Both the position numbers and the translations under genes were made by a program. The notes below the pieces were generated by a model. The model was not told the DNA's origin. It searched no databases and worked only from the letters and a program-made list of their open reading frames with translations. Shown here piece after piece: positions 50,840 through 63,713 of a DNA stretch of 64,000 nucleotides (position 1 is the stretch's first letter; each line of letters opens with the position of its first letter). This DNA is from Callorhinchus milii (lineage: Eukaryota): assembly GCF_018977255.1 (NCBI RefSeq), contig NW_024704743.1:8248001-8312000 (forward strand), given 5' to 3'.

Positions 50840-51155
50840 AAAGTACTTCACAGAATATACTGTCAAGTGAATTGAATGTATATTGTGTGGGCAAAAATGC
50901 GGCAGCCTGTTGCTCACAGCAGTGTTCATAAACAGTCGTGGATCAGATGACCAAATTACTTATTTATCGATTTACTTTGAAGGGATTATTACCTCCCGGA
51001 AAAGCGATCCACCAATCGACTAACAACCAGATTCCTGCTAGGTAAATAGAGGCGCTTGGAGTAAGGCGCTTGGAGTAATTCACCTGACCGGGAATCGAAC
51101 CCAGTTTCTCTCGCTTGCGAGGCGAGCGCTCTAACCACTAAGCTACACGACTCCA
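50840..51155 (-). mobile_element. Longer-subfamily tRNA/Deu SINE
   Basis: Head with anticodon arm ctcgc-ct-CGC-aa-gcgag, B box GGTTCGATTCC and the extra central segment. Confidence 0.85.
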
Positions 51156-52304
51156 TGGACAAGGGCAATATCCCGAATTTATGAATCTCAGCAGTGTGAG
51201 TTTACAAGTCATTTCTTTCATTAGCAAGCAATTTCAGCATCATAATTCCTGGGTATTTCCTCATTGTAATACAGTAAAACTAACATACGTCTTAGCTTTA
51301 TAAATCGTACAATCGCCCAAGTTGTCTATTCACCAGAGTCCCATTCAGTTTGCACTATACATATTTATCACCTAACTCATAAGACCACTCCCCCATTACT
51401 CCCACACTTACAGGCTGCATTGCTTTGCGCATGCGGTGATGCATCAAGATGCACTGAATCACAGAAAATAGTCTTGACCCATCACCGCATCTGCACTTAC
51501 TGCAGTGACAAACTACTCCATACCCACTTACTGGCTGCACTGAATTACGCGTGTACAGTGTAGATTAATGATTAAATTGGATTTCCTATGAAAATTATAT
51601 TGTTTGTCGGATTTCACCCAAGTCTTATTAAATGTTATGGCTCCGACTGATACTACTTGTGAGTTTTTACTGCATCTCAGTAATTCGTAATCCTCATCGG
51701 AGACATTTCTGGATGAAATTTCTTCAGTTTTTATCATAGCTGAATGGAGGGAATAAACAGACCAAACTGTACCTGTCTGTAATGCATGAGAGATGGCGTG
51801 GAGGCAGAAGAGAATCAAAAACATGAGCTGTGGCTTTCAACTGCTGATTAGCAGACTTTTCCACAATCTGTGAGCTGAATGGTGTATGTCTGGCTACACG
51901 GCATTAGCCATTACGAAGGGCATTTGGGGGCAATGGTCTGCCTCCCATTAAATAATAATCCTTGCATTTGATATAGCGCCTTATCACGTCGTTGAGACAT
52001 CCCAAAATACTTCACAGAATATACTGTAAAATGAATTGACTGTACATTTTGCAGGCAAAACGTCACAGCCAATTGTTCCCAGTAACCTACAGTGGTAGGT
52101 TGAGTGACAAAATTATTATTTTAAAAAATCCATTGTGTTAAATATCAAATATACTGCTAAACTGACCTAGTTGATGATATTTTGAAGGCATTTTAGGTTT
52201 ATTTTAGCAGCATACCAGCAGTTGGGGTCTGGGAGCAGGTTTACGATCTTGGCAGCACAATGTGGGTAGACTAGCTAGACCAAAGATGTCTCAAGAACAG
52301 AAAG

Positions 52305-52305
52305 G

Positions 52306-52342
<37 letters not shown>

Positions 52343-52349
52343 TAATAAT
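52305..52349. repeat. (AAT)n microsatellite at a SINE tail
   Basis: Direct observation. Confidence 0.9.
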
Positions 52350-52552
52350 CTTTATATTTGGTATAGAGCTTTTCAGGTTTGGGAAGATATCACTTAGTGC
52401 TTCCAGGATATACTGTAAATTGCACTGACTGTGTGTTTTGTAAAGCCACGTTAGACTGATGTGCAACACCTCTCTTGAACGTGCTATCAACTGCAATATA
52501 AAAATGGTAGAGGACACTTGGCAGGCTGAATGGGTTGCTTCTGCTCCTAATG

Positions 52553-52942
52553 GGTGTCAGCTGAATTCAACTGGCCACATTCATCTCTGAGTCAGAAAGT
52601 TGTGGTTGCAAGCTCTACATCAGGACTTCAAGCTCACCATAAGGAAGTGGGGTACAATTTTGGAATTCCTTCGGATGAGAAGTCAAACCAAAGTCAGGCA
52701 TTCAGATAGACGTTAAAGATCCCATGGCTTATTCAAAAAGAGAAGGGAATTTCTCCCAGTTTCCTGGCCAACAATCCCCAGATAAAATTGGTCACTTCAT
52801 GGCTGTCTGTAGGACTTTGATATACATAAATTGGCTGCAATAGTCACCTACAAAATAGTCATTACACTTTGCAGCAAATGCTGTGAAGCACTTTGACATC
52901 TCAACAAAGTGATAAGGTGTTATAACCAGTGCAAGGATTATA
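52553..52942 (+). mobile_element. Ancient Deu-SINE with a different tRNA-like head
   Basis: ctctgagtcagaaagttgtggttgcaag head; ggatgagaagtcaaacca..gacgttaaagatcccatggc Deu region; shared tail. Confidence 0.7.
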
Positions 52943-53466
52943 TTCTCTGATAAACAATGAACTATGAAGTTACAAGAACAAAATTACATTTATATAGCGC
53001 CTTTCACGTCAGAAGGACATCTTAAGGTGCTGATGACCTCATATTGATATCAGGAAAATGGTAAGAAATTAATAAAAATGTATATACACATAGTGTCTTA
53101 GATGGTATGGTATACACTTTGGTATGGGGAATATACATATCTTTCAGCTGTTCTTTCCTTGGATTCTCCCAGGTTTGGTAGCAGTGCAGATTTCAATCCT
53201 ATAAAATGTGAAACAGGCTAAGCACTCTGTAAAATGAAGGCATCCAGGCCAGGGATTCCAACAAAATGGGTGTTGTAACCCTGTCAACCTTTTATCTCAG
53301 TGCAATAAACTCCAAACTGGTTTGACAACATTCCTTTCCAGAGGTAACAAACTGCTAAAGTTCAATACAATACTACCAAATATGGTGAATGCCTATCTAA
53401 TAACTAAAAATCTTTGCATTTGCTATAGTGCCTTATTATGTCGTTGAGACATCTCAAAGTGCTTCA

Positions 53467-53954
53467 TCTATACTAATAAAGGCAAAATGTCTGTGTGTGT
53501 GTCTGTCCACCAAGAACGCAATAACCGATTGATGTAGAGACATGATTTATATCTCATCGGAAAGATCTTGCATGGAGGAATGGCATGGGCATATTATTCT
53601 TTGGGGATCTCCTATCGTTGAGCTATATTTTAAAAATGCTTTAATTAAGCCCCAAAATATGAGGTATGCATGGTAGTCTGAAACAAGGTAGCAAAAGAGG
53701 AAATCACAACCCTTCTAAAGAGATACGTCTATACTAATATATTATATATAATATATAATATGCTACAACAAAGTAGCATCTGTGACCTAAACAAGCTCAT
53801 CACTGCACTCCAACAAGGAGTCTTCCTGACCAGGATTCCTCCCACTGAGTATAGGTAAAGAAGAAATGTCTATCTGTGTGTCTGTCTGTGTGTTCTGTCT
53901 ACATTCCATATTGGATTCTTTGGTTGTAAGCGAAGCTGTAAAGGGTACAGCTAG
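53467..53954 (+). mobile_element. Non-autonomous Helitron-like element
   Basis: A|TCTATACTAATAAAGG 5' end, (TGTC/TG)n tract, subterminal hairpin, GGGTACAGCTAG|T 3' end and no TSD; interrupts a Deu-SINE. Confidence 0.8.
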
Positions 53955-54965
53955 TATGATGTAAAGAGGATGGATTGTGCATTTTGTGGGTGATATAGTG
54001 CAGCTAGTTGCACACAAGGTGCCACAAACAGCCATGGAGTGTGTGTCCAATTTTATTTGGGGGATTGTTGGGCAGGGCAACAGAAGAAAACTACCATCTC
54101 TTCAATTAGTGCAATGGGATTTTTAAAGTCCACCTGAACAGACAGAAGGTCCTCGGTTTAACATCTCATCCGCAGGACACGCCAGCGCTGCATTGGAATG
54201 TCAGTTTACACTGTGTGGACTCCAAGTCCATTTTGGCGAGAGAGATACCACTGTGCCAGGCAGACACACATGTACTTTCACAACCGGATTTTATTCAGTA
54301 CAGATGGAAAATTTCTCCCACATAAACTATTTCCTTCATGTTGAAGAGCAGTTTGCCAACACAGAGGTAGAAAATATAGCAGTGACAATATTTACAAGGA
54401 CTCCACAAAAAATTCAGCAAAAAGTAAATGTGGGATTGTTTCTTTCCAACTATTCTATATCGGTAAATCTACAGATCCAAGTTGATTTGTTTTGCTCATT
54501 TGGCCCATTGTTAAAGATTTAGAAACATACAATCTCTTCAGAAAAATATTAATACTCCTTCCACGTTCCCTCATCTCAATGGAAATAAGCATGCTCCTGG
54601 GTGTCAAGATCCTCATTCACGCCTTCATTGTGTCAAGGCTCAACTATTCAAACACAAACTATAGATCATTCAGGACTCTACAGCCCATGTCCTCTTCCGC
54701 TCGGGCTCCCAGTCAGCTGGTCAAAGCACTTTGAGATGTCTTCAACATGAAAGACACTCTATAACTGTAAGTTGCTGCTGTTGTTGTGACATACACATCA
54801 ACAGTTGCATTTGTATTGCGCCTAACAATTTTAGGATTTAGGATAAAGTTTCAGAGTGCTCATGGGAATACTCAGGCATCGTGGAGGAATGTCAAATAAA
54901 TTTGCATAAAAATGTCCTGCTCAGATTGGTAGGTTTTGACTAGTGGAGTGCTGCAAGGATTTAAG

Positions 54966-55487
54966 ATATGAGAAAGGATTTACTCGCCTTAGTGGGGCTA
55001 CAACGTACGTTCACTAAGTTGGTTTCTGGGATGAGGGGGTTGACCTATGAGGAGAGGTTGAGTAGACTAGGCCTATATTCTCTAGAATATAGAATTAGAG
55101 GTGATCTTATAGAAACCTATAAGATTCTTAAGGGTCTTGACAGGGTAGATAGTGTGAGACTGTTTCCACCGTTTGGAGAATCTAAAACTAGTGGTCATAG
55201 TCTCAAGATTAAAGGTCAGCCCTTAAGAAATGAGTTGAGAAAACATTTCTTCACTCAAAGAGTAGTGAATTGATGGAATTCTCTACCCCAGAAGGCTGTG
55301 GATGCTCAGTCATTGAACATATTCAAGACTGAGATCGATAGATTTTTAAAAACTAAAGGGATTAAGGGATACGGGGATTGGGCAGGTAAATGGAATTAGG
55401 TTAGATCAGTCATGATCTTATTAAATGGCGGGCAGGCTCGAGGGGCCAAATGGCCTACTCCTGCTCCTATTTCTTATGTTCTTATGT
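54966..55487 (+). mobile_element. CR1 LINE 3' fragment
   Basis: TYEERLSRLGLYSLE.RIRGDLIETYKILKGLDRVD peptide; ttcttatgttcttatg terminus. Confidence 0.9.
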
Positions 55488-57500
55488 TTGGTGTGCATGA
55501 ACTTCAAGTAATGAAAGGTAATCAAAACTAACAGAATCAAGTCTCTAGCCCTGTGGTGAATACATGCAAATTTCACAAAAGCAGAAAAAGAAAATCATGG
55601 TTCAACCACATTCAAGAGGCTGGGATAAATAAGGTGAAATCACCGGAGGAAATACAAGGTCATCAGTTCTGAGAACAAGTAAACAGGAGGCCTTGGCCAT
55701 TTTTAGACTAACATGGAAGATAATCATAATTGTATTTTATATAGCAACTGCAGCTTCAAAATGTCTCACACGATTATAAAAGAGTTTTGGATGAAGAAGG
55801 CCCTTTGGCCCATGGGTTCTAGTTCTAGTTTTATTCGAATAATTTGCATATCTGAAATACCTCCAGCCCTAGGCATTTCAGTTATGTGCAAGTCCTGCTG
55901 CAATTGAAATGAGTGTCGCTTAAATTATCAGGACTCGAAAATAAAAGATGGCTATATTAAAATAGGTTTAATTCTTAATGCAGAACAGCTGAAGGTAAAT
56001 CCTGGGAAATTCCAAAGGCATGATTGCTTAAGATAAGGAAAGCCATTTGACAGCAATTAATTGTACTCCTTTTTGTGGCACTATATCAAAATGTATAAAG
56101 AAAAGTAAAATTCTATCACTCCACCCACTTTAAATAAAAAAAATCCCTTTTCAGTTCAGTTAACTGCATTGCTCAAAATAGTATTTTATTATGATAAGCA
56201 GCCATTGGTAAACCACAGAAAGTTAAACTTACATCTCTATTATTGGTGACTCGATACCATCAACATCAAGACTGATTTGCGGTTTCAGTTTCAATTGTAA
56301 ACTGACCTCTGTGAGCAATTCAATTGCTCAAGTATTTCAGGATGTAGCTGAGAAATGATTATCTGCAATGGTGGGAGCAAACTGTTAATCGTGTATTAAA
56401 GGTGCAAGTGAAATAATTTCTTGTTGCACCACAACCCATCCTTCGAAAGAACCATTTTGAGGTTGGAAGAATTGAGAATTAAATCTTTTAAGAGTATCCA
56501 AAACAAACTAAGTATTCCCCATATCAACAAAAAGAAACCCACATAAAATCTTGAATTTGAAAAGTACTGCGAGAAAGACAACCTTAGTATTCAACAGTGT
56601 TTTAGGAATTGTTTCTTGCTATAATCAGCTGTAAATAATCCAGGATTTATATCTTATTAGGTCCGTTTGTCTGTGCCAGAATATCCATCTGAAAGACTTG
56701 GTAATGTGCAGAGCGTACACACGTATCCGGTAACACAAAAGCTATTGTTTGCCTTGGAAGCACAGTAAGTAAATCTGATGAGGGTTTTCTTTACTGAACA
56801 TTATTCTTAACTTTAGAAGTGGAAACCAGAATGACATAATTCTTTGGCAAAATAGAATCAACTTCCTAACAAAATGACATTTCTACATCCTATCTCAACA
56901 TCTGCCTAAGAGCTGATTTTTTTTTTTGGTCAGCCAGGCATCTGACACATGTAGAAACTCATCACCATGCTGAAGAGTATCCAAACCAAACTGAGATTTC
57001 CATGCATCCTAACTACACAAGGAAATCCCAGAGATAGATTGTGGGAATATAATGCACACTCTCTCCCTGGAGGGACGCATCCTACTTACCTAATTCTGGA
57101 AAGTATTTTGCAGAAATTTCAGATGCAGAAAGGCAAGGCTTTGGGAACCTTACGTGTGCACAAAAACAGACTTCATCAAGATATTTATGCAATTTGTCGA
57201 GATGCTTACAGATATAAAGAATGCCGATTGATATGTGGTCTCCAAAGACCATATAAAAGCTTAAATCTGGCTTTCTGAAGCATCAAAAAATAATCAAACC
57301 TGGCCACACACAAAAAGACTTTGGAACATTGTTTAAGTATTTTAAGAACATTGGTATTTGGGCTTAGGAATATCCCCCTCTGAAGAAATCCTCTTCTGTA
57401 AACGGTTAGGATTCTCATAGATAGGTAAGAAAGTGAGGAGCTAAACAGCATGTTTTGTATTGTGTACCTTCCAAGATCTGCTGGTTATCATCTTCTTCTA

Positions 57501-57979
57501 TCATATATATATAATACACACATATATAATATATGCTAATAAAACGATAATGTCTGTCTGCTCTTCAACAAGGATCTCAATAACCGATTGACTTAGAAAC
57601 CAGATTTATGCTTCTTTGGAAAGGTCTTGCATATGGGAGTGACATGGGCATATTTGTTTTCGGGTACCTCCCATCGTTCATGTGTTATTTTCAGTTTTGC
57701 GTTTTTCGCTGCAGTTACACCTGGCGGCCGCCAAGCCAAAGTGGTGCTGTGGCATCCTGCGTCACAGAGCACACACCGAACCAAGCGGCGGGAACAAAAT
57801 AAAAAAAGACAAAGCTAAGCCTTGGCAACAACAACAACAAAATTACATTTTTAAAGCACTGAGTCCTCCCACAGGAGTCCTCCCAGATGAGTATAAAGAT
57901 GAAATGTCTGTCTGTGTGTCAATCTACATTCCATATTGGATCCTTTGGTTGCAAGAGTAGCTGCAACGGGTACAGCTAG
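57501..57979 (+). mobile_element. Second Helitron-like element of the same family (5' end uncertain, 57491 or 57501)
   Basis: Shares the 5' block (caataaccgattga..gatttat..ggaaag.tcttgcat..catgggcatatt) and 3' block (ctacattccatattggat..gggtacagctag|t) with 53467-53954. Confidence 0.8.
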
Positions 57980-58704
57980 TTTTATATAATGTGGAAGTAA
58001 GTTCACCTGCACTACCACTTCATGATTAAGTTATTCACTTCTGATATCTCAGTCAGTATTGGTTTTCTTGGGCTGATTGCTAATTCCTCATCTCTCTCCT
58101 CCCCCATGACTGGTATAGATGATGTCATCAGAATTTATACAGCAAGCAATCGATCTGCCTTATTACTTTGGTCATTATATCAATGATGAGTTCTGCCTTG
58201 TTGATGATGAGATTGTAAAGCATACTTTGTTCTGATAAAGTCCTGAACACACCTATGTTTTCTTATATTACTTACATCATTTCATGGTACTTTGTGGGAT
58301 ATTGCTGCTTGCAAATTGGCTGCCACATTTGCCCAAATACACAGTCGATAAACTTTACAGTGAAAACTGTAAAGCACTTTGAAATGTCCTCCTGACGTGA
58401 AAAACACTGGATCAAATGAAAGGTTAATTCAGTTACCCAGTTTTCCTTCTTAAAAGCACTATTGCAGCTTGTAATAATAATGAAGTTCAAAAGATAATTG
58501 GATCTGCAAATGTAATTGCTTTTAAACACCTGACAAGGGTTACTGCAAATTTCTGTGACCGACTTCACTCATTCTCTGCTCCACTTTGATTTATGAAGTA
58601 CAATAATATAATCCTTGGGAGTGCTGAATACTCTGGACAGCATAATTAAGTGCATTATATATAGAGCTAATGCCATCGCCAGAGCTTACTAACCCAAACT
58701 CCCT

Positions 58705-58898
58705 AATAACAATACCCAAATAAAATTGGTCCCTCAATCCATGACTATTTGTGGGACACTGCAGCGCACAATTGGCTGATGCATTTTGCCCTCAAAATAT
58801 ACAGTCAATTCCCTTTACAGTATATTCTGTGTGAAACGCTTCGAGTCATCTCAAATACATGATAAGGTACTATATCAAAGGCAAGGATTATTATTATT
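58705..58898 (+). mobile_element. 5'-truncated Deu SINE
   Basis: Deu core and (TAT)n tail. Confidence 0.8.
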
Positions 58899-59742
58899 CT
58901 AATGCGGAAAAAAAAATTATGCGATTTGATCCTTTATGACTTTCAGCCTTCTAACTTCCTTATACGTCTAATTTGTTTTCATTACCTTGCGTGTTTATTG
59001 TGCTCATTGACATTCCTCCTTCATCACAAAGGACAGAAGTTCTTTTCTCCCCCCACCCCCACCAATCAATCAATGCTGTGAAAAACATCTGTAGAAACAT
59101 AATTTTCAGAAACATCACTGTGTGTGGGAGGTTACCATTCCATTAAATGCTTCCCAGATTTTAGTGCGCCAAGAAAGCTTCCAAAACCACTATAAAGGCC
59201 CTGTGCTTTTGCCTAATAGCTCTCCTTCCCTTTGTGGTTATCTTGACAGGGTTGCACTTCAGGGATGAGTGCCTTGTGGGCTGGACTGTAGTTTCAGTTC
59301 CCTTTACAATCTCAGCTGCAGAAGCAAGAAAGTACATCGTCAATCGTCGAATCAAGGAATCACAAGGAATCAGTCCTAGGCTTCATGGTCAGCAATATCC
59401 CTGGCGTGGCGGATACCTTGACACATTCTCAGCCTAGCCTATGTGAGTTCAAAGGCAGCATACATCCTCTGGGAGAGAGTGTATGTTCCAGTCCAAACAG
59501 TCTGGTTTGGATCCTCTTAAGAGTGCTGATGGGTTTCCATATGTGTTTGACACCTGGCTGACTAAAGAAAAACCCACAAACTGCTGACTCAGAGGGAAGA
59601 GTAATACCAATGAGCCAGACTAACACACAACATTTCACAGTTATTGAGGTCAGGGAACACAAGCAGGCCTGTGAGAGCTGAGCAAAAGGTGGGGGGGTAC
59701 AAGCAGGTCAAAGAGGTAGGGAGGTGCAAGTATGAGTGCGTT

Positions 59743-60057
59743 GTGGAGTCCTGTAGCTCAGTGGTTGAGCACTCGCTTTGCAAGCTAGAGACCTGAGTTC
59801 AATTCCAGGCAAGGCGAAACCTTGGGCAAGTTTCCTTACTCCACACAGAGCCTAATAATAATCCCTCCAAAACCAAAACAATAATAAATTGGTCATTTTC
59901 AATCCACGACTGTTTGTGGGACATTGCTGTGCGCAATTGGCTGCCGCGTTCGCCCACAAATATACAGTCAATTCACTTTACAGTGTGTTCTGTGAAGCGC
60001 TTTGGGACGTCCTCCCGACGTGAAAAGCGCTATATCAAATGCAAGGATTATTATTAT
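59743..60057 (+). mobile_element. Young full-length tRNA/Deu SINE, inserted in an L2 remnant
   Basis: Family consensus match; L2-like sequence on both sides (59670-59742, 60058-60100). Confidence 0.92.
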
Positions 60058-62849
60058 GTCAAGGGATTTGTATGTGAGGGTGAGGATCTTGAAGTCAATC
60101 ATTCAGAGCTAGGGAAGGATTTAGGTGATGGGCATGTGGATTGTGGAGAAACCAAGAGGTACGTTAAGAAATTAAGCATGGATTCAATTCAAATATGGAG
60201 AGATTTATGTCCAAGATCAATCCTGTTCAATACCCAAATACTCAGTTTCCAGCAGGTATCATTTAGTAGCAAGGAACAACAGTAACATTGGATAACTTAT
60301 TTCTTCCAAGATCATGGATACGAGGGCCATGAAAGGGAGGGAGTAAACAGTCAGGCTATGACGGCCATGTTTTGACACATTCCTTGTTCTGAAAATTACC
60401 CATAATACAAACAGAAGTAAAAAGATATGTTGTATTGAAAGCTAATTCAATATGTTTGCCAATACTAAACAGCGACCAAACGAACATCAAATATAGATGT
60501 ACAATACCTTGATGCCTCTTCTAAATCTAATATCTAATTGCTTTTTTACAAATAAATTCTCAGCTTATTAAAATATAAACATACCCATAAAACAATACAA
60601 AACGTCTTTCATGTCGGGAGGACACCCCATGGTAGCATCCAGGATGTGTGCATGGCTCCCCTTATTTTAGGCAGACTTGGAAACATTACGTCTCAGCTTT
60701 AGCCTCAAATTACTCAGACTTCCACCATCACTGTACTTCAACCAATCACTATGCTCTCAGCTTTTGAATAATGACCTCTTTTGAGAATTCACTCTATTTT
60801 ATGCAATAAATGTGAGCTGTGCCTTTATGATAGAAAGTTCATCATCCAAATTCTGAGGTCATAAAAAGTAGTAGTTCTCAGGATGTGAAATTCCCACATT
60901 AAAATCTAACTGCTCCATAAAAATCTAATTTCTGTAACATCTGGGCAGTAAACTTGCAGTTTGCCTCTGTGCACATAACGTACATGGAAAATGAACCCCA
61001 TCCAACAACTAATAAGCAAGGCGGAGGCACAAGGGTCATGCAGGAGGCCAGAGGCAGCCGAACGGAGACAGCAGGTGGTGGCATGGAGAATAAGCAGATA
61101 GGGTCAGGGGAATTATCCTTAATCACAGGCAGATCATTCAAAATCAGGCGCCCATCGTGTGTTAGCCTACACATGAAGATTGAGGTAGTCAAGATGTAGA
61201 CCCAGGGGACTGCTAATATTTATGGAATCATTATCCAAAAAAGTACTGTCAACAGTTCATAGCCTGTTCGATATGTACATTAAAGACAGCTGGCTCTCTC
61301 AGGTTTATCATTTCCACTCCTTGCAAACAAACACAAACAATGAATCTGTCCAGATCCACAGTTTTATTGGATTTTAATTTTGAATACAATCCTACATTGA
61401 ATATACAATGATCTTATAAAATTATCTTCTGGTATGAGAGCCTGTAATGCTCTCGAGTCAATTGAGCACACTGTTCAGTGCAAACCTGCATAGAGCCCCT
61501 TTTTTTAAAAAAATGCAGCACTCACAGGAAGCCCAAAGAACAAAGAAAACACCCCTCCCAATAAAGCTCAAATGCAGAGAATTGGAGCAATTTAAGTAGA
61601 AATCTTCAACTGGTGTACGGAAAACAATTTAGTACAGCTCAACATCACTAATCAGAACACAAGAGATCTGTGTTGCCCAATAATCCAAACCCTGGCGTCC
61701 AACAAGATTATCTAAAATCTTGTCAAATGCTGTTCCTAGTTTACTTTCTGTCGACCGGTAATCCAAACAAATCACAAAGAGTGGGGGGGGGGTCTTCTGT
61801 CCTAACATGCTCAGATTGGCTCTGACGTACTGTACTCTCATGTCTAACTTGCAGATTAATTCCTAGCTTTGCACTAGATCCAACTGTGATGTTTCATAAA
61901 ACTGTGGGAACAATTGTTACTTATTGGCATTACATTTTTGTGTACCTTATGCTCAGAATTCATCTGTATTCTAGGCAACTACATAATGTAGCAATTTAAG
62001 AAATAAAAACCAATAATACATACTGTTAACTCTCTTTTGTTAAACTCTTCTCTCCCTCCAACAAATACCCTTTTGTTGTGTCTTTTGCCACGTCCTCATA
62101 TCTCGAGTTCTGCTACATTGAGAATGTGCACAATCTTAAATATCAGTTTGTAATATTCCAGTCCAAGCTGTTTGAGATTGTACTATTGTACAAATCTATA
62201 AGGGGAAAAGGCAATACCCATATGTTAAAGACTAAGATAGTATTACAGCGCAAAAAACATTTTACTTTTTTAATGAGAGATTAAGAACAATTGATCTGAG
62301 ATTCCTAAAACTCATTTGTGATAAACTACCTTGTCATTTAACAGTAATATAACATTCTGGTTGTTGTGCTTTCAAACACTAATGAACCAAACGCTCTCAG
62401 TTATCAGGACAATTACAGCTGAGGTGGCAAGTATGTGTTCTACAGATTATGTTGATGAAGCAACAGCCAGTAATCCACCATGCCATTGCAGCAAATACAT
62501 TCTACTCAAAGGATTGTATAATACCACCCTGATCAGCAGTCTAGGGATCAATCTGAAACATAGGCCTTTAGAAAAAGTTTTAACCACTACAAAGTTCTGG
62601 GTAGAGTCAAATTATACCAGTCTAAAATCTCTAGTCTACCCTACCATAGGACATTCAAATTTTCTAAAGGCAGGCAAACTTGTAATGTACTGTATTTTTA
62701 AATCTGAAATGTGGTTATTGATAATCATTGACTTTCATAAATAAGTTAAAGAAATTACCACTAGACAGAACAGATTGCACTCACATCCCCATATTCTTTC
62801 ATTTATAATAATCATAATCATTACAATTCATACAAAGTGCCTAAAAGCA

Positions 62850-63210
62850 TTTCAGAGTTTTCTGTGAAGTGTAGTGACTGTCGGAGAAAACAGCAGTCAG
62901 TTTGCACATAGCACCCACAAATAGGCATGGCGAATTTCATCTGGAGATTGCTGGTCAGGATTCCAAGAGAAACTCCCTTTTCTCTTTGAATCCAGTCATG
63001 GGAGTTTAACACTTACCTTAACTGTTAGACAGAATCTATGTTTAATATCTCATCTGAAGGATGATGGCACCTTTGCGAATGCAGTGCTTCTACAAGCCCT
63101 GGGACTGGAGTGGCAGCCTATCCTATGAGTTCAAAGTGCCACCAATGCGTGGCTTAAACCCACAACCTTCTGACTCAAAAGGTGAGAGCATTACCCGACT
63201 GAGTCAGGCT
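62850..63210 (-). mobile_element. Ancient Deu-SINE
   Basis: cttaaacccacaaccttctgactc head remnant; gtttaatatctcatctgaaggatgatggcacct Deu region. Confidence 0.7.
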
Positions 63211-63572
63211 GGAATAACATTCCATTTCGCTATCAAATATTTGGCCAATTTACAGATTTGTACTTCTAAAGTAACACTTTTACTCCCATACGTTCTCCAT
63301 ACCCATTATTTCACTCCTTTAAATAACCCTAATTAATCACTTTTGGCAGCAAAATAGTTCCTATTCCTGAATCTCAAATACATATTTTAAATACTTTATT
63401 GCCACATTGAACCAAATTCTTATCCTCCTTTTTTCAGGAGGACAATAAAGATCCCAATACACTATTTAAAGAGAGAAGGGAATTTCGCCCGGTATCCTGG
63501 TCAACAATCTTCCAAATTAATTCAATGTAATCAGGCATTGCAAAAATAAAAGTTCTTTCAGTTAAACACAGC

Positions 63573-63713
63573 ATAATAATAATAATAATAATAATCCTTG
63601 CATTTGATATAGCGCTTTTCACGTCGGGAGGACGTCCCAAAGCGCTTCACAGAACACACTGTAAAGTGAATTGACTGTATATTTGTGGGCGAACGCGGCA
63701 GCCAATTGCGCAC
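63573..63713 (-). mobile_element. 5'-truncated young SINE (3' ~140 bp)
   Basis: Near-identical to the 3' end of the copies at 44824 and 59743. Confidence 0.9.
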
